Assembly (NCBI GenBank): GCA_022605425.2
Contig: CM061248.1
Span: 1-64,000 of the forward strand
Reading direction: 5' to 3'
From: Hamiltosporidium tvaerminnensis FI-OER-3-3
Taxonomy: Eukaryota > Fungi > Microsporidia
Length of the DNA: 64,000 nt
Under the pieces are notes generated by a model. That model was not told the origin of the DNA. It did not search any database and worked only from the letters and a program-made list of their open reading frames with translations. A program made the translations under genes and the position numbers. Below, piece after piece: positions 15,210-27,982 of the stretch; position 1 is the stretch's first letter; each line of letters starts with the position of its first letter.

Positions 15210-15440
15210 CCTTACCATGCTGGGAGCAGAATTGGCTTGGAGTATTCTCTGCTTGTCGTAAGAGGCGACTAAAAGAGACTGTTCCTCCATGTTGGGGTTT
15301 GGCGAAGGGCTAACACCCCCCCCCTTTAAAACTACCTGTTACGAAACCCAATAAGTAAACAAACCCAATGGAAAAAGACCGATGGGCGGTGTTACTAAGG
15401 GAAGCCAGGGCTCGCACAAAGGTGTAGTCCTAAGGATGAA
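15210..15440 (+). mobile_element. Short non-autonomous RTE-like retroelement (SINE-like, 5' motifs fused to a 3' tail)
   Basis: ~230-bp GC-rich island that is absent at the equivalent position of the paralogous segment (~3375). It contains gcttgtcgtaagaggcgactaaaa, ggggtttggcgaagggctaacacccc...tgttacgaaac and the 3' motif gaagccagggctcgcacaaaggtgtagtcc. From memory these resemble RTE-clade 5'UTR and 3'-end motifs (not database-verified). Confidence 0.6.
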
Positions 15441-16803
15441 TTAATCTAAAACATCTCATTTTTTTGATTCATTGCTAAATAGAATTCAAAGTATAATTTG
15501 TTAAATCTAGCAAAATTTTGGAATAATCATATTGATATCATTATGAATGCTGTTATACGGAGTTTAGATAACATAAAATTGGTACGATAATGTTTTTTTG
15601 TTGATCATTTTTTCTCGTTCAGGTCTTCGTATAATTTTAGTCGATGCTATGATTTCTGTCTTTTCGTTGATAATTTTAGGCTCGAAAAGTAGCTTGTTCA
15701 TTGCTCAACACTTCCTATTCTGCAACATATAAGTGTGAGGTTGTGGGTAGCTTGTAGTTTTGAGGTTCCTGTATAACAACTAGCGACACTCTTTACTTGC
15801 TATTATCTGCATTCAAGTTTCATTATGATTATATTTCAAGATAAAATAAATCGAATTTAATTTCTCAGTTACATCGACTATTTTATATTCCTATAGCCTA
15901 GTACTTTTCCAGCTTTTTGAAGTACGCATTAAATATTTGAAAAATATAATTCTGTATATTCAAATAACGGATTATTTTAATAGTATAATCTTTGATAAGA
16001 TATTATCTAAACCCAATAAATTGATTTTTAGTTTTTCACTTGCAACAATAAACTGGCATTTAAATAAATTCTACTTATGAGAGTCATATTTTATTTAATT
16101 GAAAATTATTCAAATCAACAACTCTGGGCTTTTATAAAAAAAAATAATCCTTTATTCTGATATCTCTATACGTATTTTTCAGGCTTATAAATAATTTTTT
16201 CTAATAGTATAGCTCCTGGTATTTTGAAAACCTGGATTATAATTTTACAGAGAAGATAAAGATCTACCATAATCATTACTATCACATATGGTAAGGTCGA
16301 GTATAATTTTTATTCATATCAAGTATCCATGTATCCTCAAATTTAATTGAATTTAAACAATATTGTATTTACTTTTGGTACACCAGGATACATTCCTATT
16401 GAGAAATCACATTAAATACTTTAAGATGGGAATTGAAAATTATCTTTCAAACCCTTTTATAAATAGTTTTTAGACCAACAATTTTCTTAAAATAATTTTT
16501 TTACAAAATATACAAATCGCAATAAAATGTACACAAAAGTCAGGATCAAAGAATTTAAAAAAAAATACAATAAAATATTTAAATATGACACATCTATCAT
16601 AAAGAACAATCAAAGAATTTAAATCATTAAAAAAAATTATAATTTATGAAAAAAATAAAAATTTTCAAAGATAGAAAGTTAGAATCATCTATTTTAAATA
16701 AAAATACCAAAGACACATTTATTTTATGAAATAATAAATAAGCTTATTGCCGTTATTTCATCACTGATTTTTTTTCTTGATCAAGAATTCTAATCGTATT
16801 ATA

Positions 16804-19595
16804 TCATCTGACCTTGGATATATCAGATCCTTTATTGGTACATTTAAATATCTTTAAAACATGGGGAGGAACATTTTCCTTGAGAATATTTAATTGTTCA
16901 CTTTGTTCAGACAGAGCATCATATCCGACATATAAATGATCAAGTTGGCAAAAACATTCTAAAGGATTTCTACTTATGCTTTGCTTTTCAAAAACAACTA
17001 AATGTAAAGACAATACTTTCAGACTATTTTTTGTTTGAAAAAAAGAGTACACTTCTGTCAAATTGGATTTATGAACTACTGTAGATGCTGTTGCTTTAAT
17101 GATAGAAGGAGTATAAAATCTAACATTTCCTAAACTTAAATCGGTAACGCCTTGTGGTCTGGGCAAAGAATTCAAAAATTCCCAAATATCAGAATCATTT
17201 TTTACTTTGGCATTAAAAAGTCTCAACACCCTCAACGACTTTAGATTTTGAAAAATAAAAGGACTTATATTGTCGAAATCACAATTACTAAAATCAATCT
17301 CCTCAATTTGAGTTAAAATCTCGAAAAACGAAGTGTAAATTTGTAAAAAATGAAATTTAAAGCCTTTCATTGAAATCTTTTTTAAATTTTTTAATCCATT
17401 AACCAGATAAATTATAGAAGACGAAGAAAATTTCAGATTATCAAGTATCAAGACTTCTAGTGAAGTTGGTAAATATGTTTCGTCGGGAAGTAAGACAATT
17501 CCTGTTTTATTAAAGCTAATAGGAGAATCACTCAAATCAAGTTTCTTTAAGCGGTTAAACCTTATAAGACATTTCAAATCCGTTGCATTATCGATTTTAA
17601 ATCCACAGAGACTTAATTCAAACAAAAGTGATTGAATACCTTGGTTAACTCGTAAAATATTTACATTTTCAAGAGGCATTAGGTAACTAGCAATCGTTAA
17701 TTCTTTAAGGTTTTCAAGTGTGTTCAACACCTGAAAATTTATAATTTCAAAAAAAGTATTCCCTATGATTTTTAAAACTTTAAGATTTTTCAGTTTGGAA
17801 ATTTTTTCTATCAAGTTTCCTGTAAAGCACTTCTAAAACAAGAATTTAAACTTAAAAATTCTAAATTTGTATATAAATTGAGATGTTCGATAATTTCGAA
17901 AGAATACTTGCAATAACCTTCTAAAACAAATTTCTTTAGTGTAGATACAAATTTTGCATCTTTTGGTAAAATACTAAGCGAAATTACTTGATTGTAACGA
18001 TCTGTTTCTAAATTACACTTTTTAAAAATAATTGTTTCGAGCAGAATCTTAGAAATTGATTCTATAAACCACCTAGAAATTATAATCTGAAACAAATTTA
18101 CAACTTTCAAATTTATGTTACATCTTATTAGCCTACTCACACTTCGTTGAATCTCCTTACAATTTGGATTTTTTATTTTCAATCTTACTAAACATCTTAG
18201 ATCATAAAGTCTATTGGCATCAAGTTCGCCTAAAGATACCATATTAAGGTTTAACTCTTTTATTTTTTTAAACGAATCTGATATAAATACCCTCTTCAAT
18301 GTATTATGTGTAGATGATGGTTCCATTCCATCAAAATTAAAGGTAATGTTTATACGTTCTGTATCATAATTTGGCAATCTGTATTTTTTTGGAGGTTCAA
18401 AATTAATATTAGTCACTTCCAATGATTTATAGATTCTTGATCCTAGAAATATTGCAAGAATTTGTTTATATTTCTTAAAACTACAGAAATTATGCAATTT
18501 TTGAATAGCGTCTGTAACAATCTTGAATCCAATATTATTTTTAAAATAAATACCTTGTGACATATTCCTACTATAACATTGATCCGTAAAATCTTCCAAA
18601 ACAAATCCTTCATCTTTTTAATATGACAGATTCATGTAGAAAGACCTAAAAATAGCAGCAAAAAAAATACCAAACATATAATTGAAATTTGCTTCAATAA
18701 TAAAGACCTGATTACCCCCATATCTTCTTACTTCTTCACTTCTAGTATCATTTGGATCAAGGACTTCGATATCTTCTTCGGTTTTTGGACAGGAAGGAAG
18801 TTCGACAATTTTGGATCCCAATAAAATGCCATCATTGTCTTCCGAATCTAAATATACACCGGTAAAAAACCCAAACCAGTCAGGTTGCAGCTCTAATAAA
18901 TATTTTTTATAAACTTCAGTAAGCAAAACATATTTTTTAAAAAATTTAACAAAGAACCAATCAGTATCAAGACTTGGTTTAATGCCGAGAAAATCAATAA
19001 ATATCCACATTCCTTCGATATCAGAGTCTAATACATCTAACATTGTCAAATCATAATCTTTCAACATAAAATTTTCCAAAATATTAAACTGCCAAATTGA
19101 AATTTGATGCTCAATATATATATTCTGTAATCCGGAAATAGATTTAGAATCCGAAGGCGTTTCGTTAAGTTTTTCAAACATATTTTCAATCGCTTCAAAT
19201 TGAACATTGTATTTTCCTTGCGTCTCAAACTTTTTAACATAAATTGGAATATGAGATGACCTTGGTATTGAATTTGAACAAAATTTTTCCTCCGAATCAA
19301 CGTGTGTTCCGGTACAAATATCTTTATTTTCACTAAAAACACCTTCTATTGGAAGTATGGCAAACCTAGGATTTTTTGTTTTTAGAAATTCTGAAATTTC
19401 TGCATCACTACATTCATAAATAAAATTTAAGTAAATATGTTCAGATTCATTCTCTTTTATAGTTTCTTCAACCCTTTGATTGCCTGCACAATATATTGTA
19501 CTGAAAGATAAAAGGTAGACATAAATTAAATTGGCTCGTAGTACTGTTCTTATTAAATAAATATAAACTTTGATTATTCTTATCATTTCCATCAT
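16804..19595 (-). pseudogene. Leucine-rich-repeat protein gene (microsporidian expanded LRR family type), disrupted by one in-frame stop and one frameshift
   Basis: ORFs 18618-19595 and 17811-18599 are in the same frame, separated by a single TAA plus 6 codons. ORF 16804-17814 continues after a frameshift near 17815-17830. LxxLxLxx repeats (LKKLDLSDS, LEVLILDNL, IEEIDFSNC, LRVLRLFNA, LEFLSLNSC); hydrophobic N-terminus (LIYVYLLSFSTIYCA). Confidence 0.85.
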
Positions 19596-21157
19596 AAAAC
19601 ATTCTATTGAACTAATACCTGTTTTTTTTACTTTAATAATATCTTATCTCTTTAGAAAATGCTTTTTTATTCATCACAAGCACATTTATTTTTTATTAAA
19701 TATTTTTAAATGACACTCGACATATATTTATTTCTTTATATAGAAATCAATTTCTAAAAAGGGGATTGAGAGCTGTTAATATTTTTTTTTAATTAAATAT
19801 TTATTAATTAGATATCGAAAGGATATTTTTTCGTTTGATATATTGTAGGTGGATATAAAAAAATGTTTTTTAATTTCATATTGATATTTTATATCAACTA
19901 GAAAAAAAAATTTCAGTAAATTTGACTGTAATTTTTTTTAAAAAAATATATATTTTCTTGTTTTTGATTTTTTAGATTTAAGTTTTAATTTATTTGACTT
20001 TTTAATAATTTATCAAAAAAGATATATTTTGCTTGTTTGGTTAATTTAGAATTAAGTTTTAAATGAATTGATTTTTTAATAATTTCTCAAAACAGTAGAT
20101 TATCATTTTCATTTAAATTGGTTTTTTTAATAATTTTTCAAAAAAATAGTATTGATTTTAAAAAAAAGGAAAATATTATATTTAAGAAAGAATGAAATGT
20201 TTGTAGATCAAATAATATGTATCAAAACACTTTTCATTCTTGTTGGTTTTCTTTTCATAGGATAATGAATCACAGGAAGAAAAAATTCTTAGAAATTCGA
20301 TATTTATAAATTTATAGATGATTTTATACTATAATTGGATTGTTTCTAAATATATAACTTTTAAATCATTTCGCAAATGTATTTTATTATATTTGTTATG
20401 TTTTATGTCTAAATTTCTGTTAAATATTTTTTTAATAAATTTATTTGTTTCGTAATTCAATGTAATTGCTTTGAGTTCTTCTTTTGAAAATGTGTTTTTT
20501 AAATTATTTGCGTTAGATTATTATAAAAGCTATCATATTCTATTTATTTTTTTATTTTTATAGTTCTTTCTATTGCCTAACAAATCTATTAAGTTTTAAG
20601 AGATTTGAAATCGACTGTGTATTTTCCAGTAATATAATTTCCTTCAATTATTTTCTTTCCCTACTGATATAATATAATCCATAATAGAAATAGAGCTTTT
20701 CGGAACTAGAGGCAATAATTAGACACTTTAATTATGCTTTTTTAGGTTTTCTGCTAACCCTAACCCTTTATTGTTTGAAAAATAAAGAGTGTACCGAAAG
20801 AGTATCGAATCTGGTTCGTTTAGAATCAAATTTCAATATACCGACTAGTAGCTATTTGGATAAATATATATTTAATTTATTTGACACCAAAGATTATATA
20901 TCCCTCTATTATAATGTATTTAGAGTTTTGCAATATGCTTCTATTCATATTATATTTCCAAAATCTATCGAATTATTTGTACTTGATTATATTAGTACGA
21001 AATCATTCTAAAGTATGATGTTTGCTACAAGAAAACCGTAACTTAAGAGTTTTCATATAAAATCTAATGATTTGTTTCTAAATTTTAATTTCTCTTTTGT
21101 AAATATTGTCCCATCAAGTTTTTATTTAAATGAAACTATCCTTTAATTGAATCCTTA

Positions 21158-21875
21158 CATAAAAATATCACATCCTTTTAAATAAAAAAATGAAAAGTGT
21201 TAGATTATTTTCATGGCATTAACCAAGTTTAGGTTTGACATATATAACAGCTCCCCAAATACTCCATAGTTACCCCCTATGTTACTACATCCCAAGACTT
21301 TCATCTAAATGGTGTATAGAACCCAAAAAACGGCGGAGCCGTTGCTTGAGAATTCGGTTGTGTTTGTTGCATGGGGTATGCGCACATTGAAACTCACCGT
21401 TTGGCTCCTCAAAAACTATACAACATTCTCACAACTCTATACATTCCTGAACTGAATGAACTTCTAGCTAAGATATATTTCAGAGGCTTACATAGGGGTC
21501 GCCTAGACAGTAAAATGTCATACCAACAGTTATAACCCGCTACTTAGCTCTCTGAGCTTTAAAGCGTTTTATATTTTTATTTCCCAGCCGCAAAGTCTTC
21601 TAATTCGATTGAACAAGTCTAGGTTTCCATGCTTCTACATAACAATTACTATATGTTCAACTGCCTTCTCCGATTCAATTGCATAAAAAAACTATAAAAT
21701 AGATTTATACAAATGTTTGTTCATTTCCTAGACCTCCTCATACAAACCCACACAGAAAAATAGAAGATGTAGTGTGATTTTATTCGCACAAAAAATTCAA
21801 ACAATGATCCTCACATTAGTTTCACACACTCATTGCCAAGCAGAATTTTTTTATGCGGTTATTATTCCTCCAACA
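21158..21875 (-). repeat. Dispersed ~720-bp non-coding repeat, long form (copy B)
   Basis: Reverse complement aligns end to end with 24386-25107: ctgcttggcaatgagtgtgtgaaact, gcatggaaac, ctgttggtatgacatt, tagctagaagtt, gttctatacacc, gatgtgata. Confidence 0.9.
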
Positions 21876-24385
21876 AGAAATAACCGCTAAAATATATAAT
21901 TTAGTACCTCACTATTTATCAAAGGTCTACTTTCATTTCAGAACACATATTTCAAGAATATTATGAACAGTGTGACTTCTAATTTTTTTTCAAGAATTGA
22001 ATTTTTATTGGTGCGAAGAATTTATTTTTTTAACCTTTTTTTCTGACGCTTTCTGTTGTGTGTTAAAGTCTTTTTTTTTTGTAATATATGTGGAGAACCT
22101 AAGATAATTTTCACGCAAATGAAAATAATAAAAATTTATTCTTAACCGTAATACATTTCTATCCTGGAAATATCATAAACCAGCTTCACCACGGCTTGAT
22201 TTTTTTTCTCGACCAAACTAAAAGATTTACTGAAATTGAAAAGCTCGCAATTTTCGGTTTAGACATAGCGATGAACCCTTTTTTTAGCTAATTCGAAATA
22301 CGAATTTTCTAATTGTGTATTTTATGCTTTGATTTTTATTTCTGTTTCAATAAAAATTATATTTGGAATGTTTATTCTTATAAATGCAAAAATGTTTTAA
22401 TGATTATAAGAAAAATTATATTTATGCGAAACAAAGGAGTTGTACAGATCATTTTAGACAGAATTTAAATATTTTCAAAAAAAACTTAAATTTATATTTT
22501 TTTAATAAATTAAATATTAAAATGCAAAGTGAAACGCATATAATATATCCAGGCAATACTCATATCTTCAATATTATGTTTTTACTATAAAATATAATCT
22601 CTTTAAAAGTATTTTTTAAATATACATTTAAAAACAAAAATTACAACAAATTTTGATTCATAATAAAAAATACTTTTTTTAAAGTTAAAAATATTTGTAG
22701 CTTGTTTTACTCTGCATTTTAACATCAACAATTATGATTCATATGTTCGCCCAATGTTTTTTCGATCAAAACATTCCCTATTGTTTATTTGTTTATTAGA
22801 CTGATGTTATACCTAAACTACGCTCTTCCTTAAATTACGAACATATAAAGTGTCTAATAAATATCAAATCGGTAGTTTCTGTGACAAGCTTTTATTTTAT
22901 TCAACCAGACTAATCATACAAAAGTTAAAATACTTTTGTAAATTTATTTTCTTAACAAACAGACAATAAGACAATCATATGAATTTTAGATAAAAAGTGC
23001 AGCAGTTGTTTAAAAACATCCAAAAGGATTATTATTTTATCTATAATATATATTTGGAAGCAGTTTTATTACATATTGAATTTAAATTATAATTTTATTA
23101 ATTTATTTTGTTTCGCTTTTAGATAAAAATTCACCATAAATTTAAATTTTATTTCTTTTAATTAAGTTTTACGTTTATTCTCATTTTTTTTATTTGAGAT
23201 GCACTATTTATTTTAATTTTTTAACGATTCTCAAGGTGTAAATATTTTTTGAACATTTTATCAGTTCCAACTCCAATTTCTTATCAAAAGATTTGCTAAC
23301 TTTTTATAAGACCATCAAATTGCGTATTAACTGGAAAAAAACAAGGAACGAAATATATTTTGTATGAATTCGATATTTTTTAAAGAAAAATTTGCGATTT
23401 TTAATTTATACTTTTTTTCAGGATTTTATAATTAAAATTTATATGAATTAGAAACTTTAAACTAATTTAAATACCGGTTTAATTTAATTTTTCGATTCAG
23501 TTAAAATAATAGATGTAGTAATTTGAAAGTTATATTCACTCAATTTATAAACTTAATAGAAGTATAAAATTTAAGTTCTAATTAAAAGGGAATATTTTGA
23601 ATAAAAAAATATAAAATTTTCATATTGCTTGTTAATGAGTATTTAGTTAAAAATTATGGGGATTCGAGACAATTAGTTAATCTTAATACATTTTTAGGAA
23701 ATATAATACAAATATACCTGCAAATTATTCATTATCTATGCTTCTTTCGTCAACAAATGTTTCTAATCGTATAATACAAAATGCAATTAGTGGAAATATA
23801 CTGAAAAGGAAAACTAAAAATAATAGAAAAATAATGAAAGATAAAACAGAATTCATAAAATATTTTCTTATTTCTGACTAAAGTTTATTCATCAAATATT
23901 AAATTTTATATCGCTCAAAAAGGGAAAATTATAGTTTTTAATTGGTTGAATAAAAATTGTTTTTATAAAGATATGTTTTATTTGTCGCTGATTATCTACT
24001 TTCAAAATAATATCGAGTCAATTACTTTTTTTTGAATTTTTATTTTAAAATGATTTGTTTGTGATATTTTTTATATTTATTTTTATAAAAATTTCTATTA
24101 TACTTGGTATTTTCATTTGATAATCTTTCAAGTTTTTTTGCTTCTAAAATAGAAAGGTTTAAAAAATAGGTTTTGGAAAAAAAAGGGTTAGATTTATAAA
24201 TTTAAATTGTTAGAAATATAAAAAAAATTCGGTCTTGTATACGAATTTAATAAGTTAAATCTATTTTCATAGAAATCAAATTTAACTATTTTTACATTTC
24301 AAAATTATTCATAGAAATTTTTCAATCACAATTTTTAGATATTTTTTTTATTTAATCTATTATGTTTAATATAATTTCTTACATT

Positions 24386-25107
24386 TGGTGGAGGGAGGAT
24401 AACCGCATAAACGCTTTCTGCTTGGCAATGAGTGTGTGAAACTGGTGCGAGATCATTGTTTGGATTTTTGGTGGGAATAAAACCACACTACATCTTTGGT
24501 TGTTCCATGGGAGTTGTTATGAAGAGGAGAGGTCTAAGAAATGCGAAACTTTTTCTACAAATTTATTTGTAGTTTTTTATGTAACCAGTTTGCAGACCAG
24601 AGCTGAAAAGTAGGTAATTGCCATGTAAGAGCATGGAAACTAGCCTTGCTCACTCGAGTTAGAAGACTTAGCGCCTAGGGTATAAAGATAAAAACCATTT
24701 AACAGCTCGGAGAGCTAATTAGCAGTTATACCTGTTGGTATGACATTGCACTGTCTAGGTGGACCCCATGTAAATCTTTGAAATATATCCTAGCTAGAAG
24801 TTTATTCGGTTCAGAAAGTGTAGAGTAAGTGGAAATGCTGCATAGACTTGGAGGAGATCAGGGGGGCTTCAGCCTTTGATCAAACTCCATGCAACAGGTA
24901 TTAACGAACTCCGGGCAACTGCCTCGCCTATTAATTAGGTTCTATACACCTAGTAGATGAAAGGCTTTGGGACGTAGGTATCGCAGGGGTTACCGATGGA
25001 GTGTTGAGGTAGCAGTCATTTATGTTAAACCTAGAACTGCGTTAATGTGATGAAAACAAATATAAAACTTGCCACTTTTTTAAAAAAAGATGTGATACTT
25101 TTAAATA
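24386..25107 (+). repeat. Dispersed ~720-bp non-coding repeat, long form (copy A)
   Basis: GC-richer block starting TGGTGGAGGGAGGATAACCGC, homologous to 21158-21875(-) and 38025-38744(-). No ORF is conserved among the copies. Confidence 0.9.
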
Positions 25108-25417
25108 AAATTTATTAAGAAAAGAAAAAATATATTTTATAGGTAATTATTTCCTTCAATAATTATAATCCATTTCTAAAGATGAAGTAATGATGTTATT
25201 CCCTCTTTTTGTAATCTTCTAGTATTTTACTGTTTATTTGGTGTTAGATTGTAAAAATATTTTTTTAATTAATTTTTTCTATTTTGGGATAAATAATTGT
25301 AGAATATTTTTTTTAATCTTTGTTAAAATTAAAATTTAATTCTTCTAGATTCTGCAAAGAATATTTTTATCGTAAATTTAATATAAATAAATAGAATACT
25401 TTTTCTTGCTAAAAAAA

Positions 25418-26239
25418 ATGGAAATTTCTGAATTTGCTTTGAATATATATAAAATACTGGTGGAATGGCCACTTAGTTTTCGTATTTTGGTTGGGTTCAT
25501 TCCATTTTTTATTTACTTTGTTGTAAGATACTATTTCAAAAGTTATAAATGTAAAAAAGATTTTGTAATAGAAGATGGAAAAGACGTTGAAGATGAAGAG
25601 ATATGTATTAGAATGAAGGCATCGTTCAAGGAATATTTACAGAATCAATCGAAAGTAAAAACTGTTTCATTTATGTTTAATGAAGATATTGGTTATGAAG
25701 AAATGGGATTCGGGAAAGAAAAAATAACTTGCTTAGGTATTGTAAATGCTGCTAATTCAGAAGTAAAACCCGGAATGGGTGGTCTGAATGCTGGTATTAC
25801 TGTATGGGTTGGTGGAAGATATGGTATAATAACTGATCAACAGGGACAAAAAGAGTGGTGTGATTTGAAAATGTTAAATCGGTTACGGAAATTAGATCCG
25901 AAGAAAATTGGGCTTGTGGCTGTTTCAAATTTTACAGAAGGACATGTATTTCACGTTGTAGGTCCACAGGCCTGTTTGGTTGGAACACAAAAATACGTTA
26001 AAAGCTTGTCAGGGGTTACTGAAACTCTTATAAAAGCCTATAAAGACTGTCTATTTCAAGCAAAAAATCTTAAATGTAGTCACATTATTTTTCCGTTAAT
26101 TTCAGGCGGGATATTCTGTGAATCAAATCCGAGTGAAGGATTTAGCGAATTGGAGTTTTTAAATGCTGTTCAATTGGCAGTAAAAAAATTTATTCAAAAT
26201 GCTGATTTTAAAGATATTAAGGTGTATTTTAATATTTAA
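25418..26239 (+). CDS. Macrodomain (ADP-ribose binding / ADP-ribosylhydrolase fold) protein with N-terminal transmembrane segment
   Basis: Motifs IVNAAN, PGMGGLNAGI, VFHVVGP, AYKDCL and IIFPLISGGIF occur in canonical macrodomain order. Hydrophobic ILVGFIPFFIYFVV lies near the N-terminus. ATG at 25418 is preferred over the TTG at 25406. Confidence 0.88.
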   Translation: MEISEFALNIYKILVEWPLSFRILVGFIPFFIYFVVRYYFKSYKCKKDFVIEDGKDVEDEEICIRMKASFKEYLQNQSKVKTVSFMFNEDIGYEEMGFGKEKITCLGIVNAANSEVKPGMGGLNAGITVWVGGRYGIITDQQGQKEWCDLKMLNRLRKLDPKKIGLVAVSNFTEGHVFHVVGPQACLVGTQKYVKSLSGVTETLIKAYKDCLFQAKNLKCSHIIFPLISGGIFCESNPSEGFSELEFLNAVQLAVKKFIQNADFKDIKVYFNI

Positions 26240-26930
26240 TATGATATTAAATGTTAGTTTATTTTTTTAGATTCATTTTTCTATTTAAATTAGTATTTTA
26301 AGAGGTATATATTTAATTCTTTTGTAATATTTAAATATTATGTTTTTAGAGTTCTCCTTGTGCTTATATCTCGGTTTTGCTAAAATAATACAAGGATTGG
26401 AATAAAATTCTACATTTGAATCGGTTAAATCATAAAAATCATATTTTCATCCGATCAGTTATAATTTTCAAAGATTTAGAAATGAAATTTGTTTTACTTG
26501 GGATTCCAAAAATGTTAGTAAATATATATATACATATTTGCTTAAATTTTATTTACAATAGACTTTCATTGAGATCTATAAAAATACTTTTTAGATAAAC
26601 TATTTTATAAAATCAAGTTGGTTTTAACAAACAAATTCAAGGATTTATATTTATTTTACCGGTCTTATAACTTATTGTAGTGATCTATCTAATATATGAA
26701 TATATTTGTAAGATAAATTTGTAATATTTAATAATTCTAAAATTATCTTAGGATTTTTTATGCTAAAAAATCAATGAATTAATTTGCTTTTTAGTCAATC
26801 ATTTGTATTTAATCCGCGCCTAGAAACTAAATTCCCAACGCTTGTAAAAGTTATTTAATAGCCATTAAAGATTTAATTATAAATTTATCTATGGAAATAA
26901 TTGTATCCTGCGAACTTAAAAAAAGTATTT

Positions 26931-27833
26931 TCATTCTTTTCTTATATTAAATGAATAGAGTATTCCTGCTGCAGAACCTATAACCAAAGATATTATTTTC
27001 ACAATATTTACATTATCTTCGCCAATTATTAAAATACCTGAAAAGGAAACCAATATCTTATTTATAGCACCTAGCATGGAAAGTGTAGTAGAAGATAATA
27101 ACCTTAAGCACCATACTGTGCTATAAGATATAAAAAATGCTGATATACTGGAAAGAAATATCCAAAACAGTATATTTATCATTATTCTATCGAAATTTAA
27201 TATTCTAATATCTATTTTGTCAAAAATAAGTGAGCATCCAAATAAAATCGGTATTGAAATCAGATTACAGTAGAACACCGATTCAAAATCATTTGTATTC
27301 TCTTTTTTGATAGTAATTTTCAAAAATATCAAATAAAAAGCCGTAAAAAATATATTTAAAATTGTCCAAAAATACCCGTAAAATTCAATTTTAAAATTTG
27401 CCTTTTCACCTATCAACGAACTCAAAAATACACAACCAAAAGAAATATAAGAAATTTTATCAATTTTTTTTCTATACAAAAACCATTCAGCTACTGCTAC
27501 AACAATAATCGTCACATTTTTAAATATAGAAAATATGGATATCGGCAAATAATAAATACTTTTACTTCCAGTATATATCATTAAAGACAGAAGTAAAGCA
27601 GAAGGACTCCATCTTATTAAACCTTTCCACCTTGTATTTTTAACATTTATAATTTTTATAGATATCAATATACTTAGAACTATCACCACTGTAGTAGATT
27701 GTATTCCTAAAAATAAAAATTGCATTTCAAATTTTAATACAGACACAATATATTTGTTGGCTACCATTGTTAGCAAAGAACTTATTATTGAAGTAATAAC
27801 AATCAATATTTTCTCTGAATTTTTATTTTCCAT
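26931..27833 (-). CDS. VRG4: Golgi GDP-mannose transporter (nucleotide-sugar transporter)
   Basis: Multi-pass membrane protein of 300 aa with LTMVANKYI, MIYTGSKS, SIFKNVTII and STTLSMLGAINK (the GALNK motif of GDP-mannose transporters). Confidence 0.9.
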   Translation of the reverse strand: MENKNSEKILIVITSIISSLLTMVANKYIVSVLKFEMQFLFLGIQSTTVVIVLSILISIKIINVKNTRWKGLIRWSPSALLLSLMIYTGSKSIYYLPISIFSIFKNVTIIVVAVAEWFLYRKKIDKISYISFGCVFLSSLIGEKANFKIEFYGYFWTILNIFFTAFYLIFLKITIKKENTNDFESVFYCNLISIPILFGCSLIFDKIDIRILNFDRIMINILFWIFLSSISAFFISYSTVWCLRLLSSTTLSMLGAINKILVSFSGILIIGEDNVNIVKIISLVIGSAAGILYSFNIRKE

Positions 27834-27982
27834 TTATTTTACAAAACCAAATGTATTTAAAGATGAAACTTGTTTTGCTTCAAATGATAAGAAAAAAAAA
27901 TATTCAATTAATGCAATAACACTGACCTGAGAAGAGAACTTGGGAAATTATATAAATTAAAATTATGAAATAATAATTTTTA

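Noticed and set aside
20754-20766. Interstitial telomere-like ctaaccctaaccc
   Set aside because: Only two units; plausible by chance and no associated breakpoint is visible.
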